64,000 bases of DNA from Patescibacteria group bacterium (GTDB lineage Bacteria; Patescibacteriota; Dojkabacteria; J137), in NCBI GenBank assembly GCA_016861265.1, contig BOLA01000001.1, positions 598,229-662,228 of the forward strand, written 5' to 3'. Below are positions 39,478-47,762 of the stretch, piece after piece; the stretch's first letter is position 1; each line of letters begins with the position of its first letter. Made by a program: the position numbers and the translations under genes. The notes beneath the pieces were generated by a model. That model searched no databases. It was not told where the DNA came from and saw nothing but the letters and a program-made list of their open reading frames with translations.

Positions 39478-40113
39478 ATGTTAACTCAAAAACAACAAAA
39501 AGTGCTGGAATCAATACAATTCTATATCAGAGAAAATGACCAGCCACCAACATTATCAGAACTAGGTGATATGTTAGGAATAAAGACAAAAAGAGGTGTC
39601 GTAAAACATCTCGATGCTTTAGAAAAGAAAGGCTTCTTATATAGAACCAGCAAGCCAAGAGGGATTGTTCTGACCAGCGGGGATTCAAGTCAAATGGATA
39701 CCTTAAGTATACCTGTTTTGGGGTATGCAAACGCAGGTAGACCTCTGGTATTTGCAGAAGAAGATATTATTGGTTCTATAAAAATAGATAGAGATTTAAT
39801 TAAAGATAGTAGAAAAACCTTTGCATTAGTAGTAAAGGGCGATTCAATGAATTTAAGACAGGTGAACAGAGTTCCAATCTTAGATAGGAATTATGTGGTT
39901 GTGGAAAAAGATAGCTCGTATTCAGATGGTGATGTTGTCCTCGCTGTAGTCGATAATGCTGCAACCATTAAGACTTTCAAAAGAAGTCAGAATTCTGTGA
40001 TCCTTTATCCGGAAAGTAACAATCCGGTACACACACCAATTTATCTAAAGGATAATGTAGCCGGATTTATAAATGGTAAGGTCATCGCAGTGCTAGAGAA
40101 CCCGGTTTTTTAA
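39478..40113 (+). CDS. lexA: LexA repressor (S24 peptidase family)
   Basis: N-terminal winged HTH (PPTLSELGDMLGIKTKRGVVKHLDALEKKGFL), cleavage-site region (VLGYANAG), Ser box (VKGDSMN) and Lys box (ATIKTFKR). Confidence 0.85.
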   Translation: MLTQKQQKVLESIQFYIRENDQPPTLSELGDMLGIKTKRGVVKHLDALEKKGFLYRTSKPRGIVLTSGDSSQMDTLSIPVLGYANAGRPLVFAEEDIIGSIKIDRDLIKDSRKTFALVVKGDSMNLRQVNRVPILDRNYVVVEKDSSYSDGDVVLAVVDNAATIKTFKRSQNSVILYPESNNPVHTPIYLKDNVAGFINGKVIAVLENPVF

Positions 40114-40341
40114 CAAATTATTTACAAACCTGATACGCAACTGTTAAGTTACTTATCTATCATTCAGATAGTAAGAATTAATTAATATTTTAATTTTTAT
40201 TTTAATAAATATGACTAACGTAGATTACAAAAGAGCTGTTGATTTAAGAAAGAAACCCTTAAAAGAGCACTTGGCTTCATTTGCCGCTAGAATATTAGGT
40301 GTTCAGTATGCTTAATTCCCGCTCTTTTAACTGTATTTACT

Positions 40342-40372
40342 AAAGTCCCGTTTTGCCAACGGGACTTTTTTT
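40342..40372. terminator. bidirectional terminator (AGTCCCGTT-TTGCC-AACGGGACT-TTTTTT) shared by lexA and the downstream minus-strand dsbB-like gene
   Basis: 9-bp stem plus T-run, with an A-run on the other side. Confidence 0.7.
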
Positions 40373-40823
40373 ATTTCTTCCAAAATTGCAATCTAGATCT
40401 CTTTGTTGATGCAACAATAATTACAATGATTGTTGTAAAAGCAAGCAGGGATAAAAATGGAATAGTTATAAAACCGAGATAGTTGATGTCTATTACGTCG
40501 CAAGGTTTAGCAGTAGAGGTGCAGGCAGAGAACTCCTTAAATAGCCCAAAAGTTTGCAATAGATAGTGATAAATCGCAAATATAAATCCTGGCACAGCTA
40601 TTGCTAATACATGGAGTTTTTGTAGTCTAGTTTTGAAAACAAGGCTAATTAAAGTTAATGCGAATAGTGGGTACATAAATATTCTTTGCCACCAACACAA
40701 ATAACAAGGCTCTATCAATAGAATATCGCTAAAATATAGACTTCCTAGTACAGCTGAGAAGGAAATTAAAAAGATAAAAACTATATAGTTTTTATCTAGA
40801 AACCTTTGGATTTTACTAATCAT
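40371..40823 (-). CDS. disulfide-bond formation protein B-like (DsbB/BdbC family)
   Basis: Four TM segments. CxxC in the first loop (EPCYLCWWQRI) and a second Cys pair in the second loop (ACTSTAKPCD). Confidence 0.7.
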   Translation of the reverse strand: MISKIQRFLDKNYIVFIFLISFSAVLGSLYFSDILLIEPCYLCWWQRIFMYPLFALTLISLVFKTRLQKLHVLAIAVPGFIFAIYHYLLQTFGLFKEFSACTSTAKPCDVIDINYLGFITIPFLSLLAFTTIIVIIVASTKRSRLQFWKK

Positions 40824-40840
40824 AAAAATAAGGTAATTAA

Positions 40841-41191
40841 TTAAAGTTTTTTCTTCTTAATTGAATCCGCCGTAAGTACGCCTACTATTACAAAACTTAG
40901 TAATATAAGTAGTATTCCAATTATAATTAACATACCGCTTTGCCCTTCTAATTTTACCTGTTGGTTTATTATAGGCAGAGTAATTCTAGCTGTTTCCTGT
41001 TTCTCGGTGCTAACACCCATTACTTGCGGACCCGATACTACCTCCTCAATATTATTACTTTGTTTTGAATTTTCTATTAAGGCTATCGGGATTATAAACG
41101 CGAAGATAGTAATAAGTACAGCTGCAACTAGTGTAGTTAAATTAAGCTCAATCTTTAATTTTGGTAACTGACTGTAGATATTTTCCTCCAT
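40841..41191 (-). CDS. hypothetical bitopic membrane protein
   Basis: Two hydrophobic segments. No domain recognised. Confidence 0.4.
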   Translation of the reverse strand: MEENIYSQLPKLKIELNLTTLVAAVLITIFAFIIPIALIENSKQSNNIEEVVSGPQVMGVSTEKQETARITLPIINQQVKLEGQSGMLIIIGILLILLSFVIVGVLTADSIKKKKL

Positions 41192-41193
41192 TT

Positions 41194-42249
41194 TTATGGA
41201 TATAAATAAATACTTTCTTGATGTTCTGCGTATGTCTCCGAAAAGTATATATTTGCCTGTGCATCGTGCCTAAAATAGTAGTAACTTGACTGCTTAGGGT
41301 AAATTGCTGCAAAAATTGATAATACTCCTGGACTATTTATTGGTGTTGGCATTAGTCCTGCATACATATATGTATTATATGGATTATCAATCTGGGTCTC
41401 TTGTATAGTAGATCTAGGATCGTCTCTTCTAGTAAAGAAATTTATTGTTGCATCTGATTGGAGAGGCATACCATCTGCAATCCTATTATGGAACACACTT
41501 GAAATTAATCTTCTATCATCACTCCCTCCCGATTCTTTTTCGATTACCGAAGCTAGGATTAGTGCGTCATAAAAAGTGGGAGTTTCTGGGGTTGTATCTT
41601 TAGTATTAATTTCGTTTTCTTCTAATCTATTAATTAAGTTTCTAATCTGAGTATTAATAAATATTAGTGCGGTGGTATCGGCATCTAAATTGTATGTATC
41701 TGGAAACAAAAAACCTATCAGAGGTTTGTCAGAGGGTTTATTCAGGCTTAAGAATGTTTGAACGTCTTCATCGAAAGTATAGTTGGCCGGATTTTCGCTA
41801 ATCGCCAAGTACTCATTAGCTGAAAATTTTGAATCATCGCCTAATGCAGCAATTGCAGTATTAATAATGTCTGCGGCTTGATCAGGTCTCAATGCTTCCC
41901 GTAGTGTTACAGTGATTGAGGACTTGAATACTCCCGTTTCTAATTTTTGTATTAGTTCGGAAAATGTAAGATTTTTAGGAACAACGTATGTCCCAACCTT
42001 AATATTAGGGGAAAGATCGTTAACTCTTAGATAAATCTTTAGAGCCAATTCGCTTTTTATAAGACCCTTTTCTTCGAGCTCCTTAGAAATTGTATTTAGG
42101 TTATCACCTTCTTCTACAGTAATTTCTTCCGTTGCGGTGCTATCAGATGCAGGTGTATTTTCCATTCCTTTATACCAGCTATACGCCACAAATATTCCTC
42201 CTCCACAAAGTAGAATTACTATTAATACAACGGCTAAACAATTTTTCAT
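41194..42249 (-). CDS. mltG: endolytic murein transglycosylase MltG (YceG family)
   Basis: N-terminal TM and the YceG core with the catalytic Glu context (ILASVIEKESGG...RLISSVFHNRIADGMPLQSDATINF). Confidence 0.8.
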   Translation of the reverse strand: MKNCLAVVLIVILLCGGGIFVAYSWYKGMENTPASDSTATEEITVEEGDNLNTISKELEEKGLIKSELALKIYLRVNDLSPNIKVGTYVVPKNLTFSELIQKLETGVFKSSITVTLREALRPDQAADIINTAIAALGDDSKFSANEYLAISENPANYTFDEDVQTFLSLNKPSDKPLIGFLFPDTYNLDADTTALIFINTQIRNLINRLEENEINTKDTTPETPTFYDALILASVIEKESGGSDDRRLISSVFHNRIADGMPLQSDATINFFTRRDDPRSTIQETQIDNPYNTYMYAGLMPTPINSPGVLSIFAAIYPKQSSYYYFRHDAQANIYFSETYAEHQESIYLYP

Positions 42250-42641
42250 TATAAATTCTTAAAATCTAAATATTCCTGGAGTATTATTCTAGCAGATTCA
42301 CTGTCTAGTTTCCCCGATTTATCCTTCTTCACAAACTGTGATGCAGCAATGCTTGTCATTACCTCATTCCATAAAACGACTTCCTTGTTAAATTGAGTCT
42401 TTATTGAATTAGCAAACTTCTTAACATTTTCTGACATTTGAGTTGGCTTATCGTCGTACCCCAGTGGAATACCAATTATTATAAAACTGGGATTGTACTT
42501 GTTAAAAAGCGCAGCTATATTCCCGAATAATTCATTCTCTTCTTTGTATACTATGGGGCTTGTAGCAACTGCGATCTTTTCTGTATCGTCGCTTAAGGCT
42601 ACACCTAATCTTTTTGTCCCGTAATCAAAGCCAATTATCAT
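42249..42641 (-). CDS. ruvX: putative pre-16S rRNA nuclease / Holliday-junction-resolvase-like YqgF (RuvX)
   Basis: MIIGFDYGTKRLGVALSD is the RNase H-like YqgF start. 130 aa. Confidence 0.85.
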   Translation of the reverse strand: MIIGFDYGTKRLGVALSDDTEKIAVATSPIVYKEENELFGNIAALFNKYNPSFIIIGIPLGYDDKPTQMSENVKKFANSIKTQFNKEVVLWNEVMTSIAASQFVKKDKSGKLDSESARIILQEYLDFKNL

Positions 42642-42702
42642 GTAATAAATATGTAAGAAAATGGGTCTAATATATTAATAATAATATAACACAAATACTA
42701 TA

Positions 42703-43422
42703 TTGAGCCTTGCTATTTTTGATTTCATAAACACAGCTTTTTTGCCTGAATACTGTATAACTTGCAACAAGTTTGGGAGCTATATTTGCAAAAATTGTCT
42801 TAAGACAAAGTATAGAGTTAATTTTAGAAATGTCTGTCATGTGTGTGGCCGAAATAGCTTTAAACTCCGTTTACACAAAGACTGTATTGACTATTCTAAT
42901 CTCGACAACTTATATTTCTTTTGTGAATATAACTTTGCAGCGAAAGAATTAATTGAGACTATAAAATACAGTGGTAATTATGCTATTTTGAATACTTTAT
43001 CGTGGCATATGGCAAAATATATAAAAATGGTTTGCCCTGAGTACAAAAAGTTCCAGTTTACTTATGTTCCATCGCATTGGACAAAACAGAATATTCGAGG
43101 TTTTAACCAATCGCAGCTATTAGCAAAGGATATAGCTAAGCTATTAGAAGTAGAACTATGTGATGTACTTATAAAAAACAAAGCGACAAGTAAGCAAGCC
43201 GGAACAAACAAAAGTCAAAGAAGTAGAAACCTTAAAGGTAAGTTTGCAATAAAAAAAGATATCGTATCAAGAAATGTTATGATTATAGATGATGTTCATA
43301 CTACAGGGGCAACTCTTAATGAATGTGCGGCAATTCTCAAGTCAAATGGTGCCGAAATTGTTTATGGATATGCGTTTTCTAAGTCTTTGAATTACTCTCA
43401 AAACACCATAGAATACCGTTAA
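42703..43422 (+). CDS. comFC: ComF family phosphoribosyltransferase (ComFC-like)
   Basis: N-terminal Cys4 zinc finger (CITCNKFGSYICKNC...CHVCG) and a C-terminal PRTase motif (VMIIDDVHTTGATL). Confidence 0.8.
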   Translation: MSLAIFDFINTAFLPEYCITCNKFGSYICKNCLKTKYRVNFRNVCHVCGRNSFKLRLHKDCIDYSNLDNLYFFCEYNFAAKELIETIKYSGNYAILNTLSWHMAKYIKMVCPEYKKFQFTYVPSHWTKQNIRGFNQSQLLAKDIAKLLEVELCDVLIKNKATSKQAGTNKSQRSRNLKGKFAIKKDIVSRNVMIIDDVHTTGATLNECAAILKSNGAEIVYGYAFSKSLNYSQNTIEYR

Positions 43423-43425
43423 CTG

Positions 43426-43434
43426 TGGTATAAT
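43426..43434 (+). promoter_or_regulatory. extended -10 element (TGG-TATAAT) about 40 nt upstream of the proposed tmRNA 5' end
   Basis: TGnTATAAT seen directly, overlapping the comFC stop region. Confidence 0.4.
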
Positions 43435-43476
43435 ATTATTAGGCATTCGCTAATAGTACAAAACTTTGTGTTGTAA

Positions 43477-43928
43477 GGGGATGCTTTTTAGACAGTAAAC
43501 CTGCATATTAAAAATCAAGTCGGAATTTAGATTATTTGTTCCGTAAAAATAAGTAATCACCAGTAATGGTAAATGACTATAAACGTCAATCAAATTAAAA
43601 CAGCTGTATCAAACGCAGTTGCTAATGTAAAGGCAGCTTTTGCTCCTCAATACAACCTAGCATTTGCTTAATTTGAGCAGTCGTTAATCGAAAAAAAGAG
43701 TAGATTAACCGTTTTTTAATTTCTCTTCCAGTGGAAATTACTAAACGACACTTAGCTGGAACGCAAAATTTATTCTTAGTTTACGAATAGATTCCAAGTT
43801 TAGGTAGACTAGAGTATTTGGTGTTTTGCTAGTTTTAAGCCTTTTACTCTTAAACAAAAACTTGTCTAAGCTTGTAAGAACTTTTAATGTGAGATTTGTT
43901 GGACAGGGATTATCCCTCATCTCCACCA
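43477..43928 (+). ncRNA. ssrA: transfer-messenger RNA (tmRNA, SsrA), about 450 nt
   Basis: 5' GGGGATG pairs with 3' CATCTCC-A-CCA to give a 7-bp acceptor stem with the G3:U70 alanine identity pair and an encoded CCA. An internal tag-like reading frame (...GCA GTT GCT AAT GTA AAG GCA GCT TTT GCT CCT CAA TAC AAC CTA GCA TTT GCT TAA) would give (AV)ANVKAAFAPQYNLAFA*. A hairpin terminator follows at 43929-43960. No protein-coding signal beyond a spurious antisense ORF. Confidence 0.55.
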
Positions 43929-44002
43929 AAAGGGCATCTTTAATTTTATTAAAGGTGCCCTTTTTTGTTATCATTGATGTGCATCTAAATTTAATACAAC
44001 AT

Positions 44003-44887
44003 ATGGACATAACTATCACCCTTTTATATCAGCCAATTTTCAACTTAATAGTCGTTTTTTATAGATTCTTTGGAGAGAACTTGGGTGTCGCAATTATCCT
44101 AATTGCCTTACTTTCCAGACTAATAACTGTACCAATTCTTGTAAAGCAACGAAAATCAATGGTTAAAAACCGTGAATTTACAGAAAAAAGAAAAGAATTA
44201 GAGAAAAAACACAAAAATAATAAAGAAGTATTAGATAAAGAAATGATGGCTTTGAATTCTGAATATCTGCCCGGACAATTAGCAGGTTGTCTTCCTATTA
44301 TTCTGCAGCTAATCTTCTTTATTAATGTTTACCAGGTTATTACTAACCTAATTATGCATGGAGCAGAGGCATTTAATAGTTTAGCCTATCCTGCAGTCGG
44401 CCAATTTCCAAGCGGATATCAGTTAAATTATTCATTCTTAGGAATCTTCGATTTAGGTAAAGCTCCTGCAAATTTCTCTAGCGATGGATTAGTCTTCTTG
44501 CCTTATTTAATTCTAATGATTCTAGTAGGTATTACACAGTATTACTCAATGAAGATTACAATGAACATGAGTAAAACAAGTACTACAGAGAATAAGACTA
44601 AGTCAAAGGAAGATAAGAAGAAGGACAAAAGTAAATCTAATCCTGCCTCTGAGGACTTTGCTGAGATTTTGCAGCAATCAACACAACAAACAATGCTATT
44701 ATTTCCTGTTCTTTATACATTCCTTTCGTATAACTTCCAAGCTGGGTTGGCAATATACTGGATTGTTCAGAGTGGTTTTGTTATAATCCAACAGTTCTAT
44801 ATTTCGTGGTTAGATAGGCGTGCAAAGGCAAAGGAGCAAGACTTGGTTCAGCCTGAAGCAATAACTGTAAATGTAAGACCAAAGTAA
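44003..44887 (+). CDS. yidC: membrane protein insertase YidC/Oxa1 family (short, monoderm-type core)
   Basis: The core begins LLYQPIFNLIVVFYRFFGENLGVAIILIALLSRLITVPI, followed by a charged loop and C-terminal TM helices with a basic tail. The track ORF begins at a TTG at 43826 but runs through the tmRNA terminator hairpin, so I favour ATG 44003. Confidence 0.75.
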   Translation: MDITITLLYQPIFNLIVVFYRFFGENLGVAIILIALLSRLITVPILVKQRKSMVKNREFTEKRKELEKKHKNNKEVLDKEMMALNSEYLPGQLAGCLPIILQLIFFINVYQVITNLIMHGAEAFNSLAYPAVGQFPSGYQLNYSFLGIFDLGKAPANFSSDGLVFLPYLILMILVGITQYYSMKITMNMSKTSTTENKTKSKEDKKKDKSKSNPASEDFAEILQQSTQQTMLLFPVLYTFLSYNFQAGLAIYWIVQSGFVIIQQFYISWLDRRAKAKEQDLVQPEAITVNVRPK

Positions 44888-44906
44888 TATTTTTATTCAA
44901 TAATTT

Positions 44907-45581
44907 ATGAAGCTACAAGCAAATAAAAGGGAGATAACCGGGAAAAAGGTGAAAAACCTAAGAAGCGAAGGCTTAACCCCAGCATCAGTTTTCGGCCCTA
45001 CAAAAAAATCCGAAAACATACAGATTAACAAAAAAGATTTCATTAAACTTTTCAAGAATGTTGGTTACAACAAATTCTTTGACTTAGTTATTGATGAAGA
45101 AAAACCCGTAAAAGTATTAGTAAAAGAAATTCAAAAACACCCTGTAAACGACAATCTAATTTCAGTTGGTCTATACCAGGTTGATGAAAATAGAAAGATT
45201 ACTGTAGAAGTTCCAGTTACATTTACTGGCGAAGCTCCAGCAGTGAAGTTAAACCTAGGATTCTTAATTACAAACATGGACTCAATTGCAGTTCACTGTT
45301 TCCCAAAAGACTTGCCATCCGGATTCGATGTTGATATTTCTACACTTGAAAATCCAGGTGATGCAATAACTGTGGGTGATATCAAATTACCTGAAGATGT
45401 TGAATTAGACAGCGATATGGATGCAACTTCAGCAGTTGTATACATTGGTACAGCACAAAAAGAAGAAGAAGTTAAACCTGAGGAACCAGCAGAAGGTGAG
45501 CCAGCAGTAACACCAGAAGCAGCAGCAAAGGCAGCAGCAGAAGCTGAAAAAGAAAAAGAGAAAGCAGCTGCAAATAGTTAA
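44907..45581 (+). CDS. rplY: 50S ribosomal protein L25 / general stress protein Ctc, with an Ala/Glu/Lys-rich C-terminal extension
   Basis: MKLQANKREITGKKVKNLRSEGLTPASVFG is the L25 N-terminus. Two-domain Ctc length (224 aa). Confidence 0.85.
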   Translation: MKLQANKREITGKKVKNLRSEGLTPASVFGPTKKSENIQINKKDFIKLFKNVGYNKFFDLVIDEEKPVKVLVKEIQKHPVNDNLISVGLYQVDENRKITVEVPVTFTGEAPAVKLNLGFLITNMDSIAVHCFPKDLPSGFDVDISTLENPGDAITVGDIKLPEDVELDSDMDATSAVVYIGTAQKEEEVKPEEPAEGEPAVTPEAAAKAAAEAEKEKEKAAANS

Positions 45582-45597
45582 TTCTATGTAAAAGTTT

Positions 45598-45628
45598 AAA
45601 AGCCCTCCGTAAGGAGGGCTTTTTCTTT
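45598..45628 (+). terminator. rho-independent terminator (AGCCCTCC-GTAA-GGAGGGCT-TTTT)
   Basis: Perfect 8-bp stem, GNRA loop, U-tract after rplY. Confidence 0.75.
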
Positions 45629-45646
45629 GCAATTTGCTATGCAATA

Positions 45647-47002
45647 ATGCTAAAAGATTATTATGAATTGTTTATGGATCAGAATTTAACTCCTACACAG
45701 CCAAATACTAACCCTGTTAGTGATATACAGCCACATTTGCCGTTGGCATCTGCACCTTCTCCTGTGCAGCCTGCTGCACAAGCTCAACAGTCCGCAGTAA
45801 TACCGAGTACAGAGCCAATAACGGTTTCGAATAAGCCAACACAGAATCAATTAGATGAGGCGGCGCAGGGGGCCGATGCTTACGATATGAATGTATTCGA
45901 TGAAATTACACTTTTAAAGAAAAAAGTGGCAGAGGCAAACTTACCTCAAGCATTAAGAGAGAAGGCACAAGGTATGATTTTAAGATTGGTAAAAATGTCT
46001 CAAAAGGGAAATTTTTCCGCTGAATTTGAACCTGTCTCTGAATACATTAATTGGATAATTAAAATTCCCTTTGGACAATACACCCAAGACAACATTGAGA
46101 TTGATACTGTAAAAGCTACACTTGATAAGTACAATTATGGTCTTGAGCCGGTGAAAAATAGAATACTAGAGTATTTAGCGGTATTAAAGTTACAAAATAA
46201 AACTAATATTCAGGTCGAAACTAGCGAATTAAGTATATCCGATGAAATGAAGAGACTCCAGGGTAATTCTTCTCATGCACCAATTCTTTGTTTTGTGGGA
46301 ATTCAAGGGGTAGGTAAAACGTCTATAGCTAAGGCTATTGCCACAGCATTGGATAGAAAGTTTATGAGATTGGCTTTAGGAGGAATGGGTAATGTAACAG
46401 AAATTAGAGGAATTCCCAGGGGTAGCGAAGGAGCAGAGCCAGGTCAAATAATAAAATCATTAGTGCGAACTGGAGTAATGAATCCTTTGATTCTACTGGA
46501 CGAAATTGACAAAACAAGTTCTCAGAGTGGCGTTAGGACAGATGTCATGGCAGCTTTGCTTGAAATTTTAGATCCGGAGCAGAACTCGACATTCTCTGAT
46601 AAATATTTAGATTACCCAATAGATCTATCTAAATGTATATTTATTTGTACGGCAAATAACTTAGGAGGAATCACGGCTGCTTTGCTAGACCGTCTTGAAG
46701 TTATACGTTTCGGCAGTTATACCGACAGTGATAAAGTTATGATCGCTAAAAATTATCTACTGCCAAAAGTTCGTGAGGCTACAGGGTTGGGAGAAGATCA
46801 GTTAGCCTTTGCAGATGACGTATGGCCTACAGTAATTAGACCTCTGGGCTTTGACGCGGGAGTTAGACAACTGGAAAGAACTTTAACAGAACTAGCAAGA
46901 AAAGTGGCATTGCAAATTGTTAGGGGCACAGCTAAAAGTGTAACAATTACGAAGGAAAATTTTAGAGAGTTTATTCCAGAAGATATTGGAGTTTATTCAT
47001 AA
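45647..47002 (+). CDS. Lon-like AAA+ ATPase lacking both the LON N-terminal substrate domain and the S16 protease domain
   Basis: The AAA+ module is collinear with Lon: the N-terminal helical end, Walker A (ILCFVGIQGVGKTSIAKAIA), MRLALGGMGNVTEIRGIPRGSEGAEPGQIIKSL, Walker B (LILLDEIDK), ALLEILDPEQNSTFSDKYLDYPIDLS, LLDRLEVIRFGSYTD and GVRQLER. The ORF stops exactly where the protease domain would begin and is followed by its own terminator. The N-terminus is a Pro/Gln-rich low-complexity region. Confidence 0.7.
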   Translation: MLKDYYELFMDQNLTPTQPNTNPVSDIQPHLPLASAPSPVQPAAQAQQSAVIPSTEPITVSNKPTQNQLDEAAQGADAYDMNVFDEITLLKKKVAEANLPQALREKAQGMILRLVKMSQKGNFSAEFEPVSEYINWIIKIPFGQYTQDNIEIDTVKATLDKYNYGLEPVKNRILEYLAVLKLQNKTNIQVETSELSISDEMKRLQGNSSHAPILCFVGIQGVGKTSIAKAIATALDRKFMRLALGGMGNVTEIRGIPRGSEGAEPGQIIKSLVRTGVMNPLILLDEIDKTSSQSGVRTDVMAALLEILDPEQNSTFSDKYLDYPIDLSKCIFICTANNLGGITAALLDRLEVIRFGSYTDSDKVMIAKNYLLPKVREATGLGEDQLAFADDVWPTVIRPLGFDAGVRQLERTLTELARKVALQIVRGTAKSVTITKENFREFIPEDIGVYS

Positions 47003-47027
47003 AAAAAGAGCCTTTCGGCTCTTTTTT
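47003..47027. terminator. bidirectional terminator (AAAGAGCC-TTTC-GGCTCTTT-TTT)
   Basis: Hairpin between convergent genes. Confidence 0.7.
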
Positions 47028-47041
47028 ATAGGTCTTGCTTA

Positions 47042-47623
47042 TTAAGCACTTAAATAGTTTTTATAATCCTTGTCCTTTTTCATCATTTGTTCTAATGCAT
47101 TTCTAACAATCTGAGCCTTATGCATTCTCTTTGTTGTAGAAGACCAATCTAGGTATCTATCAATTTCAGGAGAAATGATTAAGATGAATTTAGAGTCTAG
47201 TCTCTTAGCGGCTTCTTTAACAGATTCTTCAATTACTGCAGTTATATTGTCCTTATGATATTTAGTGTGTAACAAGTTCTTAGATTTATTTCCATGAACA
47301 ATAGGGTTTACTTTATCAACTGCATGTTCACTTTCAAGGGCTATAACAAACTTCTTTTCGTTGAATGCTTTTGCAATTTCATAACCAACTTTGCTGTCGG
47401 ATTTTGAAACCTCTGCAATAACTATGTCAGTATCTTTTAAAGATTTGTCTGAATGAGAAAATAATTTTTCTGCATTTTCCTTAGATTTTGCATTATGCCC
47501 AGTTGTATCAACAACATTGTGACCTAGTTTTTTTAGATGGCCTACGCCGTCCATGAATGCCTTCATGTCCTTTTCATCAAAGTCCAATGGCAATGACACA
47601 TATATTTTCATTAAATTCTTCAA
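47042..47623 (-). CDS. nucleoside 2-deoxyribosyltransferase-like family protein
   Basis: KIYVSLPL start and the DIVIAEVSKSDSKVGYEIAKAFNEKKFVIAL block match the Rossmann-like NDT-fold signature (Asp ... Glu-x-Gly). Confidence 0.5.
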   Translation of the reverse strand: MKNLMKIYVSLPLDFDEKDMKAFMDGVGHLKKLGHNVVDTTGHNAKSKENAEKLFSHSDKSLKDTDIVIAEVSKSDSKVGYEIAKAFNEKKFVIALESEHAVDKVNPIVHGNKSKNLLHTKYHKDNITAVIEESVKEAAKRLDSKFILIISPEIDRYLDWSSTTKRMHKAQIVRNALEQMMKKDKDYKNYLSA

Positions 47624-47762
47624 TAAAATTTATATATAGGAATTATATCATCACTTTGTTACATATGTAAACACTTTCCTTATAAAATAAGGCTAGTAGC
47701 CTCTAATGTACAATGTAAGGATTTCTGGTATATTGTTATAGAATTATTCAAAATTATCAAAA

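Noticed and set aside
43741-44019. 92-aa minus-strand ORF from the track
   Set aside because: Overlaps the proposed tmRNA 3' domain, its terminator and the yidC start. The translation is low-complexity with no RBS. Judged spurious.
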